The position numbers and the translations under genes are program-made. The notes under the pieces are model-generated. The model did no database searches, had not been told where the DNA came from, and saw only the letters and a program-made list of their open reading frames with translations. From positions 1,114,609 through 1,178,608 of the forward strand of contig CAJINV010000012.1 of the NCBI GenBank assembly GCA_905178155.1: a stretch of 64,000 nucleotides of DNA, in the 5' to 3' direction. Below are positions 12,149 through 25,121 of this stretch, piece after piece. The DNA comes from Amoebophrya sp. A120 (taxonomy: Eukaryota; Protista; Dinoflagellata). Numbering within the stretch: the stretch's first letter is position 1; each line of letters starts with the position of its first letter.

Positions 12149-15100
12149 TTACAGGGCGGCTCTAACTTCGACCTCCCCCCAATTGATATTTGTCGGGACG
12201 AGATTTTCCCGGATTTTCAAGGTCCCCTTCAGCCGCGCCATAGCCTTGGCGAAGCCGAGTTGCAAAGCGCCACGTGTACGCACCTCGGTCGCCTCTTCTT
12301 CGAACACCTGTTGCAGCTATGCATTGCAAATATCGTCCTCGATCTGGGTTAGCTGGATTTGTGATGCAGGATTCGTATGACTATAAGACTGCAATCGGTC
12401 GTTGTGCTGCGTGAAAATACTTACTTTTTCTGAGTACCTTTTTGTCCTCGTGCTGAGCGGCAATTCTCCGGAATGCGACTTCTTTTCACGAGTGAGTCCG
12501 CAACTACAACCGGGCTTAGAAACTTGTTACGGTCATGCGTTATTTCATATTGCGGTTATTCCGTACCAAAAGGAGTTTTATTTAGACCTGTCATGCAAGA
12601 ATAGACTCCACATGACAAGAACTTCGTCGTGCTTTTAGTTTTATCCCGCTGAGGACCCCGACTTTTTATATTTGCAGTTGGTAGCAACACGCTCGGTGAA
12701 CTACGACTAGAAGCAGGCAACCCGCCCTCCTTGTCCGCCGCCCCTGTACACAAGCCCCTCACCCAGGTCGCTTTGCTATCCATCGCGAACTCAACGGCCC
12801 TGACTTCAAAGGCGGCGGGGTCGCGCGAAATTATCCCCGCACTCGGTCGTCGGACGGCTCCACGTAGTGCGGCCCGTCCTCGCTCCTTCTCCTGCTGCTG
12901 CACGACATGGACATACGTGAGGTACTCCCCCACTAAGTAAAACTCGAAGGCTTCTAGGAAGTCCGCGCGGGCTTTCTGCAATTCCATGTCCTTCTCACTC
13001 ATGTGGCTACTTTGCGGCTGCGCTCCCGCCCGCTCCTCGGGGTGGTCCCGGATCGCTGTAGCCGAATTGAGGATCTTTGTAGCCGCCTTCAGGAAAGTTT
13101 TCCTCGCGACCCCCTGCAGGTCACGGAAAGATCTATCAACTGCAACAATGTCTGAGTCTGGTGTCATGCACGTTTTGCATGAGCCATGATGTCTGCGGTG
13201 CATGCCGTAACATCACAGATTTTTTGAGGGATTCTTTTTCTTGATGCCTATTCTGCATGACAAATGCCCCTTCAGCATCCGCGTAGCAAAAGTCACATTC
13301 TCTTTGCTGCTCGTCATGCAATACAAATTTTTTTAGCATCCAAAAACAGCATCACAAGTTGCATTCCTCCAGACCAAGACATTTTTGCATGTGATAAGAT
13401 CTTCGTGGACCGTAGTTCCGCTTGAACCACGTCGAGTACTGATTGTCGAATTTCGTGTAGTACTATCCAATGCAAATATAATGTCTGGGTCCGGAAGATT
13501 CCGAGCTTTGTCATGCATTTTTTCCAAGCTCCGCCAGGTCTGGAATGCAGGGCCTAGCGTCACAGGTTCTGCAGCCCCTTGGTAATGTCTTTTCTGCACG
13601 AGAAATGCCCTATCAGCATGCCCAGAGAAAAGCGCCTTTTGCAAGCCATGCAATACAGATTTTTGTGTGATCCGCAAAACGCATCACAAGTTCGCAGCCT
13701 TGTTCCAGACCAAGACATCTTTGCGATGCATATGTACCGCCGAAAAGCAGTGTCGTACGTTCCAACAAGCTTATAGTTGCTCGTGCCCGCGATTTTGTTT
13801 CTCGAGAAAGAGACGCTTTCGGGACTAGAAAACGTCCTGTTCTCCTCCTCTCGTTTCGCCACCCGGGATAGCGCCTCGTTTTGCCCGATATGCTTTGCAA
13901 ATCATGTCTGGGCCTGGCAGATGAGTGCGATAAGGTTTGTCATGCTTGTCTGGTATGACTCTGAGGTATGTGAAGATCATGCAGCTGCCAGGTCGGTGTA
14001 CAAAAAGTAAAAGACAGAGAGCCGCCTCCCTGTCATTATGAAACCGCAGGAGTAGTCTCCCATAATGTGGCATTAAAGATACGGAAAAAAATAACGCGAC
14101 ACAAAAAGTTGTCATGCCATTGACTGCGTAGTGCAAAACTCCATCATCGTGAACAGTTGTGCAGCCTAGCAGGAGCGTCGTTACAACCACTTATTTCCAC
14201 CAGAGGACCACACCAGCACAGACCCAGGGTCTCCACCAGACCCAACATTTTTATTTATGTTTGCATTCGATACCCGATAGCATAGGCGTATTTGGCGAGC
14301 AGCCTTCGCAGCACGAGATATTCAAAGGCTTCCGCGTCATCCTCAAAGATTGTCGCGTCGGCTACCGTTCTTTCTAGTCGTAGCTCAAAAGCACTGCGAC
14401 GACGATGATCAAGCGGGGTGGGGGTCCCAGAAGCAGGACGAGCCAGAAAAGCAGTGTAAGGGGACGATAGGGTGGCAGCTCGATCTAGTTGTACTTGCCT
14501 TTCGTGATGTGCAGAAGTGATGTCCCAACTCGCCGGCCCGTGCGGATAATCACTTGCATCTTCTGAGCTTCTACTTCTATCAAGACAGGGCATTAAGCGT
14601 TGCCGCCACGACCGCCTTCCTCCGGTTGTACCACGACCACGGCCCTCCGTACTAGAGGTTGTAGTTCTGGGCGGCCTGTAGTTGACGACGTCAGAAGCGG
14701 TGGCGGTGCCTATCCATTGCAAATATCGTCCCTGGGGCGTGTCTGGAAGGATACGAACTTGTCATGCGTGTTCCGGATCATATAAACATCTAGTTGCATG
14801 GACGTATGACCACTTGCAAAAAATAACTAAAGGGGGCCACTTCTGGCCATGCTGCATTGGCTCATGCAGAATCATAGGAAGGCATCATCACCTAGAGGCT
14901 GCAAGCAGAGCTTGTGATGCTAGGCCCGGCATTCCAGATCCAGACGTGGTGGAGCAGGATCAGGAACTAGACCTTGGACGAAAATAAATCTGCATGACAA
15001 TAAAACTCGGAATCGACCCTCCAGACCGAGACCAGAACACGCTTGCATTTGATAGAGGTGCCGTGAATTGTTTGCAGAAATTCTTGTCCCGCAAATTCCA

Positions 15101-15476
15101 AACGCTCAACTTGACCAACAACAGGAGGTTGCTGCAGCCCTTCTCCTCGATGATGCTCTTCAATATGGTTATGAGGGAAGTGCTGCTTTCGGTCGGGTGT
15201 TTGAGCGGGATGCAGGAGGGACTGACGCAGGTACAGGTTGCTCCTCTCGTCCGACCGAAAGCCAAATCCGAGCCCGGCAGCTTCACGACGATCATCACGA
15301 CCAGGACGATCATCCGTGGAGCTACCAGGACGATGAGGTCCCAGTCCTCGTGAAGAACGAGCCACGACCCCGGACGTCTGTCCGAGTTCCAAAAGCTGCA
15401 GTAGAGCAGCGACCCTCAGCAACATGGCAATGCCGCGACGAGAGCTGCGAGAGGTCATGGTCATCGTGAAGAACAT
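12149..15476 (-). CDS. Multi-exon hypothetical protein, possible N-terminal signal peptide
   Basis: ORF segments 14967..15476, 14255..14722 and 12556..13203 are separated by family A elements. The last exon reads LQQVFEEEATEV...EVRAAL-stop (TAA at 12149). Confidence 0.6.
12318..12683. mobile_element. Decayed introner family A
   Basis: Degenerate TIRs, TSD GCAGC/GCAAC. Confidence 0.65.
13134..13396. mobile_element. Introner family A
   Basis: TIRs, TSD AGATC/AGATC. Confidence 0.85.
13464..13732. mobile_element. Introner family A
   Basis: TIRs, TSD AGTAC/TGTAC. Confidence 0.85.
13889..14272. mobile_element. Decayed introner family A
   Basis: Degenerate TIRs, TSD CCCGA/CCCGA. Confidence 0.75.
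14711..15054. mobile_element. Decayed introner family A
   Basis: Degenerate TIRs. The TSD is offset (GGTGCC present on both sides). Confidence 0.65.
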
Positions 15477-16070
15477 AATTAAAATTGTAAAGTTAATGTA
15501 AATGTTAAGTTAAACTCACAGTAATAAAGATCTACAGAAAAATAATTTTGTTTGGAAATAGATAGTACTATGTGTGGAAAAGCAGGTTGGGATAGGGAAG
15601 ATTAGTTGCTTGTCAATAATTCGTCTTCAAATACGTAAAAGGGAAAGTTCTTTTGGGCGACAGTTGGTAAACCGCCAGCAAGAGTTTTTTAGGTTTTTTT
15701 TCGTCGCTTTATGTACAAGCTATGGTGGTTTGTCTTTGTTCTAGTTGTAGTTCTACTTTTCGTTTTCCAGCAAATAATAAACTGTACCAGTAGAGGCGCT
15801 CTTTCGGTTGATTTGCGGTGTTTATTCCCATTCTTGGTGCATCAAACGATCGTCCTCGCACTTTTCATTCACATTCTAGATGGTACTTTTGGTCAACTAC
15901 ATTTTTGTCAGTGAAAAAATTCTACCGAATTATCCATCGGCCTAGACCGAGAGTGCACAGAGGCAGAAGAGTAGAGTAGATCCTGATCAATTATACCGAC
16001 ATCTCTATACTTTTGCGATTTTCGACGATCGAAGATATTCTGCGGAGCTGTTGAAGACCTCCTTGTGGGG

Positions 16071-16470
16071 GTTCAGATCTTGTTCAGATCATATCAGTAT
16101 CGGACGCTGATTCTCGCATCTACTTCTACAGCCTGGCTTCAGAAAAATGCTGTGTCACAACGATGAAACCAGCTGAGCTACTCTGGGTGGTCTTGTTTCA
16201 AGCCACTGTCAATAAGGGTCTGTATCATTGTCGACCAAAAGCACTTTGATTGTTGATCTCCAGGGACATTTGGACGTGGGCTTTCATCCTTTTGTGTCGT
16301 GCTGAAAAGATCGGCAAACAAACAGTTCACGAAATCAAATGCAACATCGATCGTCGAGGCGTGTGGCCATCGACTACGATTGATCCAAGGGCCAAAAATT
16401 ATTTACAGGTAGCCTCTGCTGGAAAAAATCACTTCTGTCTTTCCAAAGCAAAACATGAGGAACGTCAACG
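16071..16470 (+). repeat. Copy 3 (more diverged) of the repeated upstream segment
   Basis: Aligns by eye with 5573-5980. Confidence 0.7.
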
Positions 16471-17472
16471 TCGCCACCGAGAATTCGTTTGATCAAGACG
16501 TGGATCAGCATGGCATCGTGTCCTCACGAAGCCAGAAAAATAAAAAGATCAACAAACAAGAGACCGTAGCCGAGAGGACGTCGAGCGGCGTAACCCGGAA
16601 AAAAACAAAAGCACTCCTCAACACAGTAGCCGCCGTCGTCCCGCGGCCCACTGCATCGACAGTAGAAGCCACAGTCGCGCCAATTTTCCTCTCGCGGTCT
16701 TGCTCAAGTCTGCAGGTGATTATGTCATGTCTTGCTTTGATGTCAATGTGTGCATTTTCAATACATTCGTATTTTGGAGGGCATGAGAATGTTATCTGAA
16801 ATAGCATTTGATCATACCTGAGGACCACTGGGACAAAGACAGCTGCAGCTCATAAATTAGTTTCGCAACGCTCTTTTTTTTGTACATGACTACTGCTACA
16901 TGGAGCGAATGTTTGGTACATAGCGGCGGTAGCTGCGTGTAAAAACTACTCCGAGGGGGTGTAATACAAAGCCGGGGGAAATGAGCAATAGAATATAGAA
17001 ACAAGGAGCGACGTTAGTATAATTTCGTGTACTTCTACTAGCAGCTGTGCTGGAACTACACTGGGGCGCAAAGCAGATATATACTGCAATCATGTAGTAG
17101 CGTAAAAAGCCCGGCGCCGCGTATCCATAATAGTACCTAGCACAGCCGTTTCTACTCCGTGGTCCATTTTTTGCTAAATAATCATAAATGAGTGAAAGTT
17201 CAAATTGTCCATTAAGCTCCTCCTCGCTCGGAAATTTTTTGTGTTAAGGAAAGAGTAGCGGTGAGCTAAACCAGTAGAATTTTACCATTAAGCCCATTGG
17301 GTTGTTTGTTAAAATTTTGCATTTGCTGCTAAAGATCCTGGTAGTAGAAATAGCACGAGCACTCGCCACAGGTGGTGCTTCTTCATCAATTTTACGTATT
17401 GATGATAAGTTACAGCATTTGTGTGTAAGTACTTCTTTTCTTCCCACCACGAAAAAACTCAAAAAGTATCCC

Positions 17473-20217
17473 TCACACCGCCGCCCGTTTGATTTTCCGA
17501 ATCCAATCCGAGAGGGGCCGCATCTCCGACTTCTTATCGGGGTACTGCTGAAGAATCTGCTGCAGCAGCGGTTCGAGATCCTGCAGAAAGGATTGCATTT
17601 CCTCTTTCCCTCCGCTGAAAAAATCCTGCCATATGGGCAGAAAGTCCTCGTTTTATCCTATGCAAAAACGTCCCCGCCCCATAGTCAAGATGGGGACTCG
17701 GCTAGACAAGTCCACAAGTTTTGGCTGTTTTGCATGACAGATTTGGACTCGTAGTGCAGTGCTGTTTGAGCTAGCTCAGCAGCATCACAGACCTAGTATA
17801 TCATGCTGATTCGAGCATGACAAATTCCAAAACACAACTGGAAAATGCTTCTCATGGGGCTCCGTATGAGAAACATTTTCAGCATTCAGATTTGCATCAC
17901 AACTCTGGGGTGGGGACGTTTTTACACAGGATACGTTCTCCGCTAACTTTGCGAATCCCTCTACGGCAACACCTGGAATTATATATTTTTGTAGTGTTGC
18001 GTCGTGGTATCTATTTCACATTGTCCCTGAGTTTATTCTTCAAATTCTTCTACAACTAGTACGACCTTCACGTCGAACTACCTCAGCAAACAACAATAGA
18101 TGCTACCGAGGAAGTCTATCTGGTAGTCCCCCTTCCTGGCGACCACGTGGCGCAAGACGAGATAAAGTATTCTGTGTTCCTTCAGTATCCAAGAAATAAA
18201 AACGTTGCTATTGTAAATTTGTGATGCGCAACATGCAAAGTGATTGCGTCTGTCATGCTTGGCATGCATCGTAGGATCCATTAAAGGGCGTTTTCGCGTA
18301 CGATCTGCGCATGACAGGTTTTTGCTGTCATGCCAGACAAATTTGTAATGCTGTTCCTCCAAAAAAGTTACACCTACAATGTTTTTTTCTTGGATATTCA
18401 GCTTCGCCAGGAGCTCCCGGTTGTTCAGTTGCTCGGCGTGCTTCATGAGGGCCGTAAAGTAGTAGATGACCACATTTTCCTGGGATTTCAGACTCTCCTT
18501 GTACACGTTGTCACCCTTCCTATCGTGCGCGGTTGTGAGGACCTGACGAGAGGACATTTCGTTCATGATCTACTTCCGTATTCGTATTGATTCACTTTTG
18601 TCATGCCAGCATTGCAGTTGGAAGCGAGAAAAGCGTGCCAACGTCCATGCAAAGAAGAAAGTAAGTATACTATACCGTGGCGATATGCTCGATGAGCAGA
18701 ATGCAGTCGGTGAGCTGCAGCGTCTCCACGTGCATAAAGCCCCGAAGCAGTAGGAGCCCCAGCGATTCTTCAAACAGATTGCATTTCCGTATTGCAGCGG
18801 GCCTAAAAATGTTTATTGGACAATTTCGTTTCCAACTCATAGTAGATGCCACAACCAGTAGAAGCAAAGCGAACACAATGCTGCGCAAGGAACTACTTAC
18901 TTTCACGCCACAACACATTCACATTCCTGAAAGAAATCATAATGATATCAGAAAAAAGGAATCCAAAGTCCACACTAGAATCTGATTCTAGTGTGGGTTG
19001 ATTATCAACAGTACTCGTCCATGTTCAGCTGCGCGCATATCTCTCGGAGTCTCCTGTCCTGCGCTATCGTATCCCCCACGGCAAACTGCCACTCTTTGTA
19101 GTCTATCATCATCCGGAGGCAGACATTCACTTTCGCTTCCTCTACCAAAATCCTAATCGCGTCTTCGTGCGCCGCTTGGTCCCACAACGTGCCCTCGGAA
19201 GTAGAAACGCGACCTTGGAATTACAGTTGTAACAGAAGGTTTAGGGATAGAGAATTCTTCTTGTCACCATCTGCACCTGCATGGTCGCCCTATCTGTCAT
19301 CAACATGCAAATATATGCGAATGTGATTTCGTCACTCACGTTTGAGTAGCAACAATGCGCCACGATAACTACATGAACTTCTACAAGCAACGTGTCACTG
19401 GATCTACCTTTCTGCTCCGCGACGCTTTCTTCACTTGGTATCAGTGACTCCAGCTGTGCTAGCCGCGATAACTGCTCCAGCGAATCCACCAGAGTGAGCC
19501 AGTTCATGCACAGGACCTATCAAATGCAAATATCCCTGGATGTCTGCAAGAATGCAAGTCTGTCATGCTTGTCTGGCATGACTCTCAAACCTGTGATGCG
19601 TGAGCACGAGAAGGCTGTCGTCTTGCGTGTTCCGCATGACATGCGGAATACGCAACACCTAGCAGCCCAAAAATTTGTCATGCTTGGCTGCGTATTGCAG
19701 TGCGAATATCTTTCATTTTTAGCACTACCACTTTCCAGACCCAGACATATTTGCAACGCATAGGACCGGGTGTATCCTCAATTGTCGGACGCACTGCCGC
19801 GCGGCCTGTATCAAAAGGAAGAATCACCCCTCCGCATATCGAAAGCGAAATTTGTGATGCTGTATTTGAGTACACAAAGCGACTTGTATTGCTAGAAGGC
19901 CAAGAGCCGGAGTTGTGGCCTCATTTGCAGGCAATTTGTCATCGTGTTTCCCAGTTCCAGCTGCCTCCTGTCATGCTGAAGATGCAAGGCCTTCCCACGC
20001 CACCCTGCACTACAGTCCGCGTCTTTTCCCTTCTAACATGACAAAGCTGTTTTGTGTACACAAATCCAGCATCAGAAGTTCCGTTTTGATATGGGGAGGG
20101 GGGATTTTTCTTGTTGATAGCCTGGGCTCGGACTTCCGATGCATCCGACGTGCGGTCGTCGTCCGACTTGGTCTGCGATTCGTATTTCTGCGATTTTGTC
20201 TTGAACATCACCGTCAT
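17473..20217 (-). CDS. Multi-exon hypothetical protein with three introners and several GT-AG introns
   Basis: Exons join as MFKTKSQ...EVRAQAARQCVRQLRIHPVLCMNWLTLVDSLEQLSRLAQLE...; LWDQAAHEDAIRILVEEAKVNVCLRMM; ...NEDFLPIWQDFF...WIRKIKRAAV-stop. Confidence 0.7.
17654..17933. mobile_element. Introner family D, opposite orientation to 161-1690 and 32336-32630
   Basis: TIRs, TSD CGTTT/CGTTC. Confidence 0.9.
19518..19762. mobile_element. Introner family A
   Basis: TIRs, TSD GGACC/GGACC. Confidence 0.9.
19809..20119. mobile_element. Introner family B
   Basis: TIRs, TSD GCCTG/GCCTG. Confidence 0.9.
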
Positions 20218-20266
20218 TTGGGGGTGGATGACGAGGGAGATTGGTTTTTCTTTTTACAGGCGGTGT

Positions 20267-20797
20267 TTAAACAATAAACCTTGTTCCGAGATGAAGATAC
20301 CGCCGACTCATGCGTGGAGAGAAAAAATGCCGACCCCGGATGTCTGGAATGAGCTTGTTCTCCCAGGTGTCGGCGGGCGCTTCCGCGGCAGGCCGTTGGT
20401 TCAACCGGATGGGAGAAGGAAGTTTTCGTGGTTGCGATATTACGAAAGACGCTTCTACTAGCGGTGGCGACGCAGTCGCAGCATCGAAGACTTCATTATG
20501 TTTTACTACTTGTTTGATGTTCTTGTGTGGGTTTTTTGCAACGCTCTGCTGCATGCTCATCATACTTTTTTCCGTTTTAAGGAGCGTCCCTCGTGCGTCC
20601 CTCAGTTCCGTGAGGATGCGCTCATCCTTTCTTGGCGCCAGGGTCTTTGGAGGCACTGCTCCGGTGAAGAAGGCCTTAGTGCCACTCGCTCCCAGAAGCT
20701 GTGAAACAACTACACGCAGAGTCATTTGCTGATGTTGTTCCATATACACGACACTCCAGGCGGGCATAGCATTAACATCTTCTTCGCTCAACATCAC
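20267..20797 (-). CDS. Hypothetical protein (176 aa)
   Basis: Single ORF with a short coiled-coil-like stretch. No recognised motif. Confidence 0.35.
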   Translation of the reverse strand: MMLSEEDVNAMPAWSVVYMEQHQQMTLRVVVSQLLGASGTKAFFTGAVPPKTLAPRKDERILTELRDARGTLLKTEKSMMSMQQSVAKNPHKNIKQVVKHNEVFDAATASPPLVEASFVISQPRKLPSPIRLNQRPAAEAPADTWENKLIPDIRGRHFFSPRMSRRYLHLGTRFIV

Positions 20798-21208
20798 TCA
20801 AGTTAGTTTTAGACACTTCAAGAAGCCACCTGGTTAGAGGCGACCAAACCACGGGGAAAAAAACTTTCTACGAACGCAACTACACGGATGGACGGACAGC
20901 TAGTACTTCTCGGTACGGCAAGCAAGACGGCTAGCGGCAACCGGAAAAACGGCAAAGTTTGTCGCTCATGAAGCGTATGCCGCTCGATAAAATTTCTTGT
21001 GTACAAAACATTTGCCATGTTGGATGTCATGCAATATTCGATTTTCGAATGGTGTGCTTGTGAGGATCCGCTTGTTCCTGATGTGTTCTCGTCAACATCA
21101 TGAAGTCATGAATTTTCCTTGCAACAATCTACTACAACTGTGACATAATTCTCTGTACAAAAGACTTTTGTTTGTGTTGACCAGATCAACATGAAAACGA
21201 CGACATGC

Positions 21209-22705
21209 TTCTAGTTTCTCTAGTTCTAGCACCACCATTATTATCATGGGGTTACTACGGTCTCTGTATGCTTTCAGGGCCATTAGCAGCCCATTATTAT
21301 CTATGTAGAACTTATGCTTCTTGATTTTTCGGAGGGTGGTAGGATCGATCTTTTTGATCAGCTCGCGAATGTGATGGATAAGACCAAAACACTCGCCATC
21401 AAAAGAATCAGGATCCGCTTCTGGGATCTCTGACACAATGCCACAACAGCTCACCACCAGTGGTGCGGGGGTCTCCTCCTGGAACTTGCATCCCGACCAG
21501 GAGGCACCGCCCCCGCTGCCCGTGTCCCCTTTTGCTCCTCCGTCTGTGCATGAGACCATTATTGTTGGATCTGCGATGGCCCGCTGGATCTCGGCCTCTG
21601 TGATCTGGGAGATCAGCAACCTGCACTTGTCCTTCAGCTTGTGGTCGTCTCCGCATGCTGCTGGGTCCGGGACCCCGAAATCCGCCGCCACCGTGCTCAT
21701 GTCGCGCACACTAATCTTGTCCACGCCTCGCCAATACTTCCTACCGATGCTGAGCGCTACTGCTGCCTCCGCTAGTTCCCTAAAGTCGTCGCTCAGTGCT
21801 ATGCGGTTCATCCTGTCAGACCAGGCCTCTGTGCACGGGGCCCACAACGGGTTGACAAACTGCGCGGCTCCGACTACTTCTCCCGGATCTCCTTGTGCGT
21901 GGATGTTCGCTGACGAGGGAAACTCGTCGGCCTCAACATCTTCATCAACTTCTTCTGCATCCGGGGTGCCGGCGGTGGGTGGAGGAGAGGGAGGACGCGC
22001 GGCACTACTGCTACTGCTACTTTTACTGCCTACTGCTGCTGAGGTTGCTTCTCCCGGGGGCGCCGGAGGATGAGGACGGAGCGCCGACGCCCTGACACTA
22101 TCTGACTCATTACTGCCGGATCTATCTGCAGCTGGCGGTACGGAGAGGTGGTGGGAGCTGCTACTGCTGCTTGACATACCGGCCTGCGGCAGGGAGGACA
22201 GGAGAAGGGAACTACTACTGCTACTGCTGCTTACCTGTGGCGCAGGTGGACGTTTGCTACTGCTACTGCTGCTGGGGGCGCTTTCGCCAACTGCGACATC
22301 ATTCCGCGGCGGGGTGGGGAGGGATACAGCGTTACTACTGTTGCTGCTGCTACTGCTGCACAGCGGCGCCGGCGTGGGAGGAAGAGGGCCGGCGGCTGCA
22401 ACAAGTCCTACGGCCGGCCGGAAGCTCGGGATGTTGTCACTGCTGAGGTGGAGGCTCCATAGCTGCTGCGCCGCGCCCTTGAAGAACACCATCAACGCGT
22501 CCACCAGCATGTAGTCGATGGGAGGGGCGAGGCCGGTAGTGTGGAAGAGGACGGCATTGCTAGTATTCTTCGGGAGGTCGAGGCGTTGTTTGATTTTACT
22601 ACTGAAGGCCGCGCTGATCTCTTTCTTGGCCGCCAGCGTGAAGAAGGGAAAAGTCACCACCGAAATGGAGGTGACTGCAGGATAGGCGAAGGCGTTCATC
22701 AACAT
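21209..22705 (-). pseudogene. Truncated non-LTR retrotransposon pol fragment (RT thumb end plus RNase H)
   Basis: KIKQRLDLPKNTSNAVLFHTTGL resembles a LINE RT C-terminus. SCTDGGAK...SFDGECFGL...FYIDN shows the RNase H D-E-D pattern. Cut at both ends by the array motif. Confidence 0.6.
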
Positions 22706-23651
22706 TATAAGCTGCTTGACTCCCCACCCCGTACAAAAGACTTTTGTTTGTGTTCACCAGGAGCCTTCCTTCGATCAACATGAAAACGACGACATGCGAG
22801 GAAAGGGACAAGGGGAAGGGGCCGCTATGTGGCAGGCCATACAGCTACGTACAGGCGCACCGGCCGGGAAGGCCTCGCGGCCCGCCAGGAAGCCGCCGGT
22901 TTGTCCTCAGACACGGTGGGGCGCTCCATTTTCTCCGGTTGGGGGCCCCTCCCAACCGGAAAAAATCGAGCATCCCACCGTGTCTGAGGACGGGCCGGCG
23001 GCTTCCCGACGGGCCGTCGAGGCCTTCCCGTGGCGCCTGTTGCTGTTCTTTTTTCGCCCTTCCCTTCGCATTTTCTGTGGCCTTCAGGTCGGTTCATTCC
23101 CCCGCCCCTCTTCCGACCTGACTCAACATCTCGCGACCTTGGGGCAGACAAGGGCGGAGGAGTCCTCGTTTGGCCCTCTACTAGCTTTACCCCACACAGA
23201 GGGCCGCAATGCTTGGTCCGACATTCGCACGACTTCCCCTCGGCACCGCTACGGAGCCTGCGCGTCTGTCAAAAAGCGGCGCGTCTGCTTTGAGGGTGCT
23301 TGTCGCAAAATAGTCCTCGCGATAGTCGCTAAGCAGCACGCCGGTGGCCGGACAGCCCAGAAGGCATGCGCGCACAGCCGCGCATAGAAATTCGCGCTGC
23401 TCCCGCTGGTGCCACCGAAGGCCGCCAATTGGCACACGGAACGAGGGCGCGCGCGTCAGGGTAGAAGGGGCACAACCTGAAAAGGCCGGGGCGCTCTTGG
23501 GCCGCCCTTTCGTGCTTTTCTGCCCCGTTAGTTGCCGTTTTGTTTTCATTTGGTCGGCGTTTAGGAGCCTTTTTCTTTGCTAGGCCGATTTGTTCCTAAG
23601 CCTTCCTTCGATCAACATGAAAACGACGACATGCGAGGAAACTGAACCTTC
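21974..23651 (+). repeat. 1.68-kb near-identical direct duplication, copy 1
   Basis: Identical ORF set recurs at offset +3148. Confidence 0.95.
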
Positions 23652-24638
23652 CTCTTCCTCTTCCTCTTCCTCTTCCTCTTCCTCCGACAAATCCGAGCCA
23701 CGCCCGTTGCTGTCACTGTCGTCTTCGTCACCATGCTCATTTTTGAACTCTGCAAGCATATCGAAGAGCGACTTCCCGGTGAGCCAATCGAAAGCGAAAG
23801 TGTTGGTGGAGATGCTAAAATCTAGCGACGCATACCAAACCTCGCCCTCCCCGGCAAAAGCTTCGAAAATTTCGTCGAACGTGTGCCCGGGCGTGCGCGG
23901 GATCGCTGGAAGGGCGGCATGGAACTCGTAGCCGCTGCTGTGTGATGGCCGGTGGTCCAGCTCCTGAAAACTCACCGACCGGCTATGCCCCTCGCAGGGT
24001 GACAACATGTAGATCTTGTCCACCTGCGGTCTGTTGCCCGCCCCGGACCCCGAACTCGACATACCACCAAAAGCTAAACCGCTGTTCCCGGAGGCCGGGT
24101 CCTTACCGAACACAAGCGCACCAACACGGCCGGAATCCCTTGCGTCCTCTGCGTGCAGAATGGTCCGGACAATCTCGCGTGGCTGCATGTCTCGTTCAAA
24201 GTCGTGCTCTTCGTACGCCATCTGCAGCGAAGTTCCCGCCCAGGAGCGCGGCGCCTTGCACGCTCGCGTGCGGGCATTTGAAATCTCCTGCTGACTTTCG
24301 GTCCAGTACTTCTGCAGAACGGCCAGTGGTATTGGCAGCTCCGGTCGGCCCGAAGCCGTTCCTGCGGAGGTAGGCCCCGCCTGCGTAGCCGCCGTTGCCT
24401 CCCGGCTCAGTGTCTGTCCCAAAGCGCTGGCCTGGGCCGGGCGCTGCGCTGCTGCGGTAGTGCTGCTAGAGTTGTTCACCCACTGGACCTGGCCGCCCGC
24501 GTCGATTACTACCTGTCCGCCCCGTGAAGAAGAATTTGCCGTGGCGCCACCGCTTCCGAGAGCCGAAGTGGAGACTGACTGTGGTCCACCGCCCCGTTCC
24601 AAGTCGGCCTTCATCCGCTTCGGATATGGGGTGCGCAA
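23652..24638 (-). pseudogene. Captured coding fragment of unknown origin
   Basis: 352-aa ORF with a globular-looking core and poly-Glu, which runs directly into the array motif. Confidence 0.45.
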
Positions 24639-25121
24639 AATCCATCAAAGTCAGATAGTGTTTACAAAAAAGAGAAATGGTAAAGACAATTACTATCTGA
24701 ATCTACATCGCACTGCAAACTGGGTGACCAGATGAAATTTGCGCACCTCATATCCGGTCGGGCTCGTAAATTGCTTTTTCTTCCTCCGGCATTTCTTTCC
24801 ACCTTTCCGCAGCCTGATGGAAGGTCTCGCGCGCCTGCGCCTGCACGGCGCTGCCGAAGGCTGGGTCAAGGACATCAGGATCGCGAAGGGTAGGGAGGCC
24901 GCGAACATCATTGCGCCCATCGCGTATCCCTTGGCAGCATCCAGCACCGCCGTCGACAACATGAAACCGACCTTCCTTCGATCAACATGAAACCGACGAC
25001 ATGCGAGGAAACCACAACAAGAACGCTATTACGAAAGTATCCGTCAACACAAATTCCCAGTACGACATCAACGGGTCCACATATATTCCCGGTACGACAA
25101 TAACGGTGAGGAGAGGGAGGT

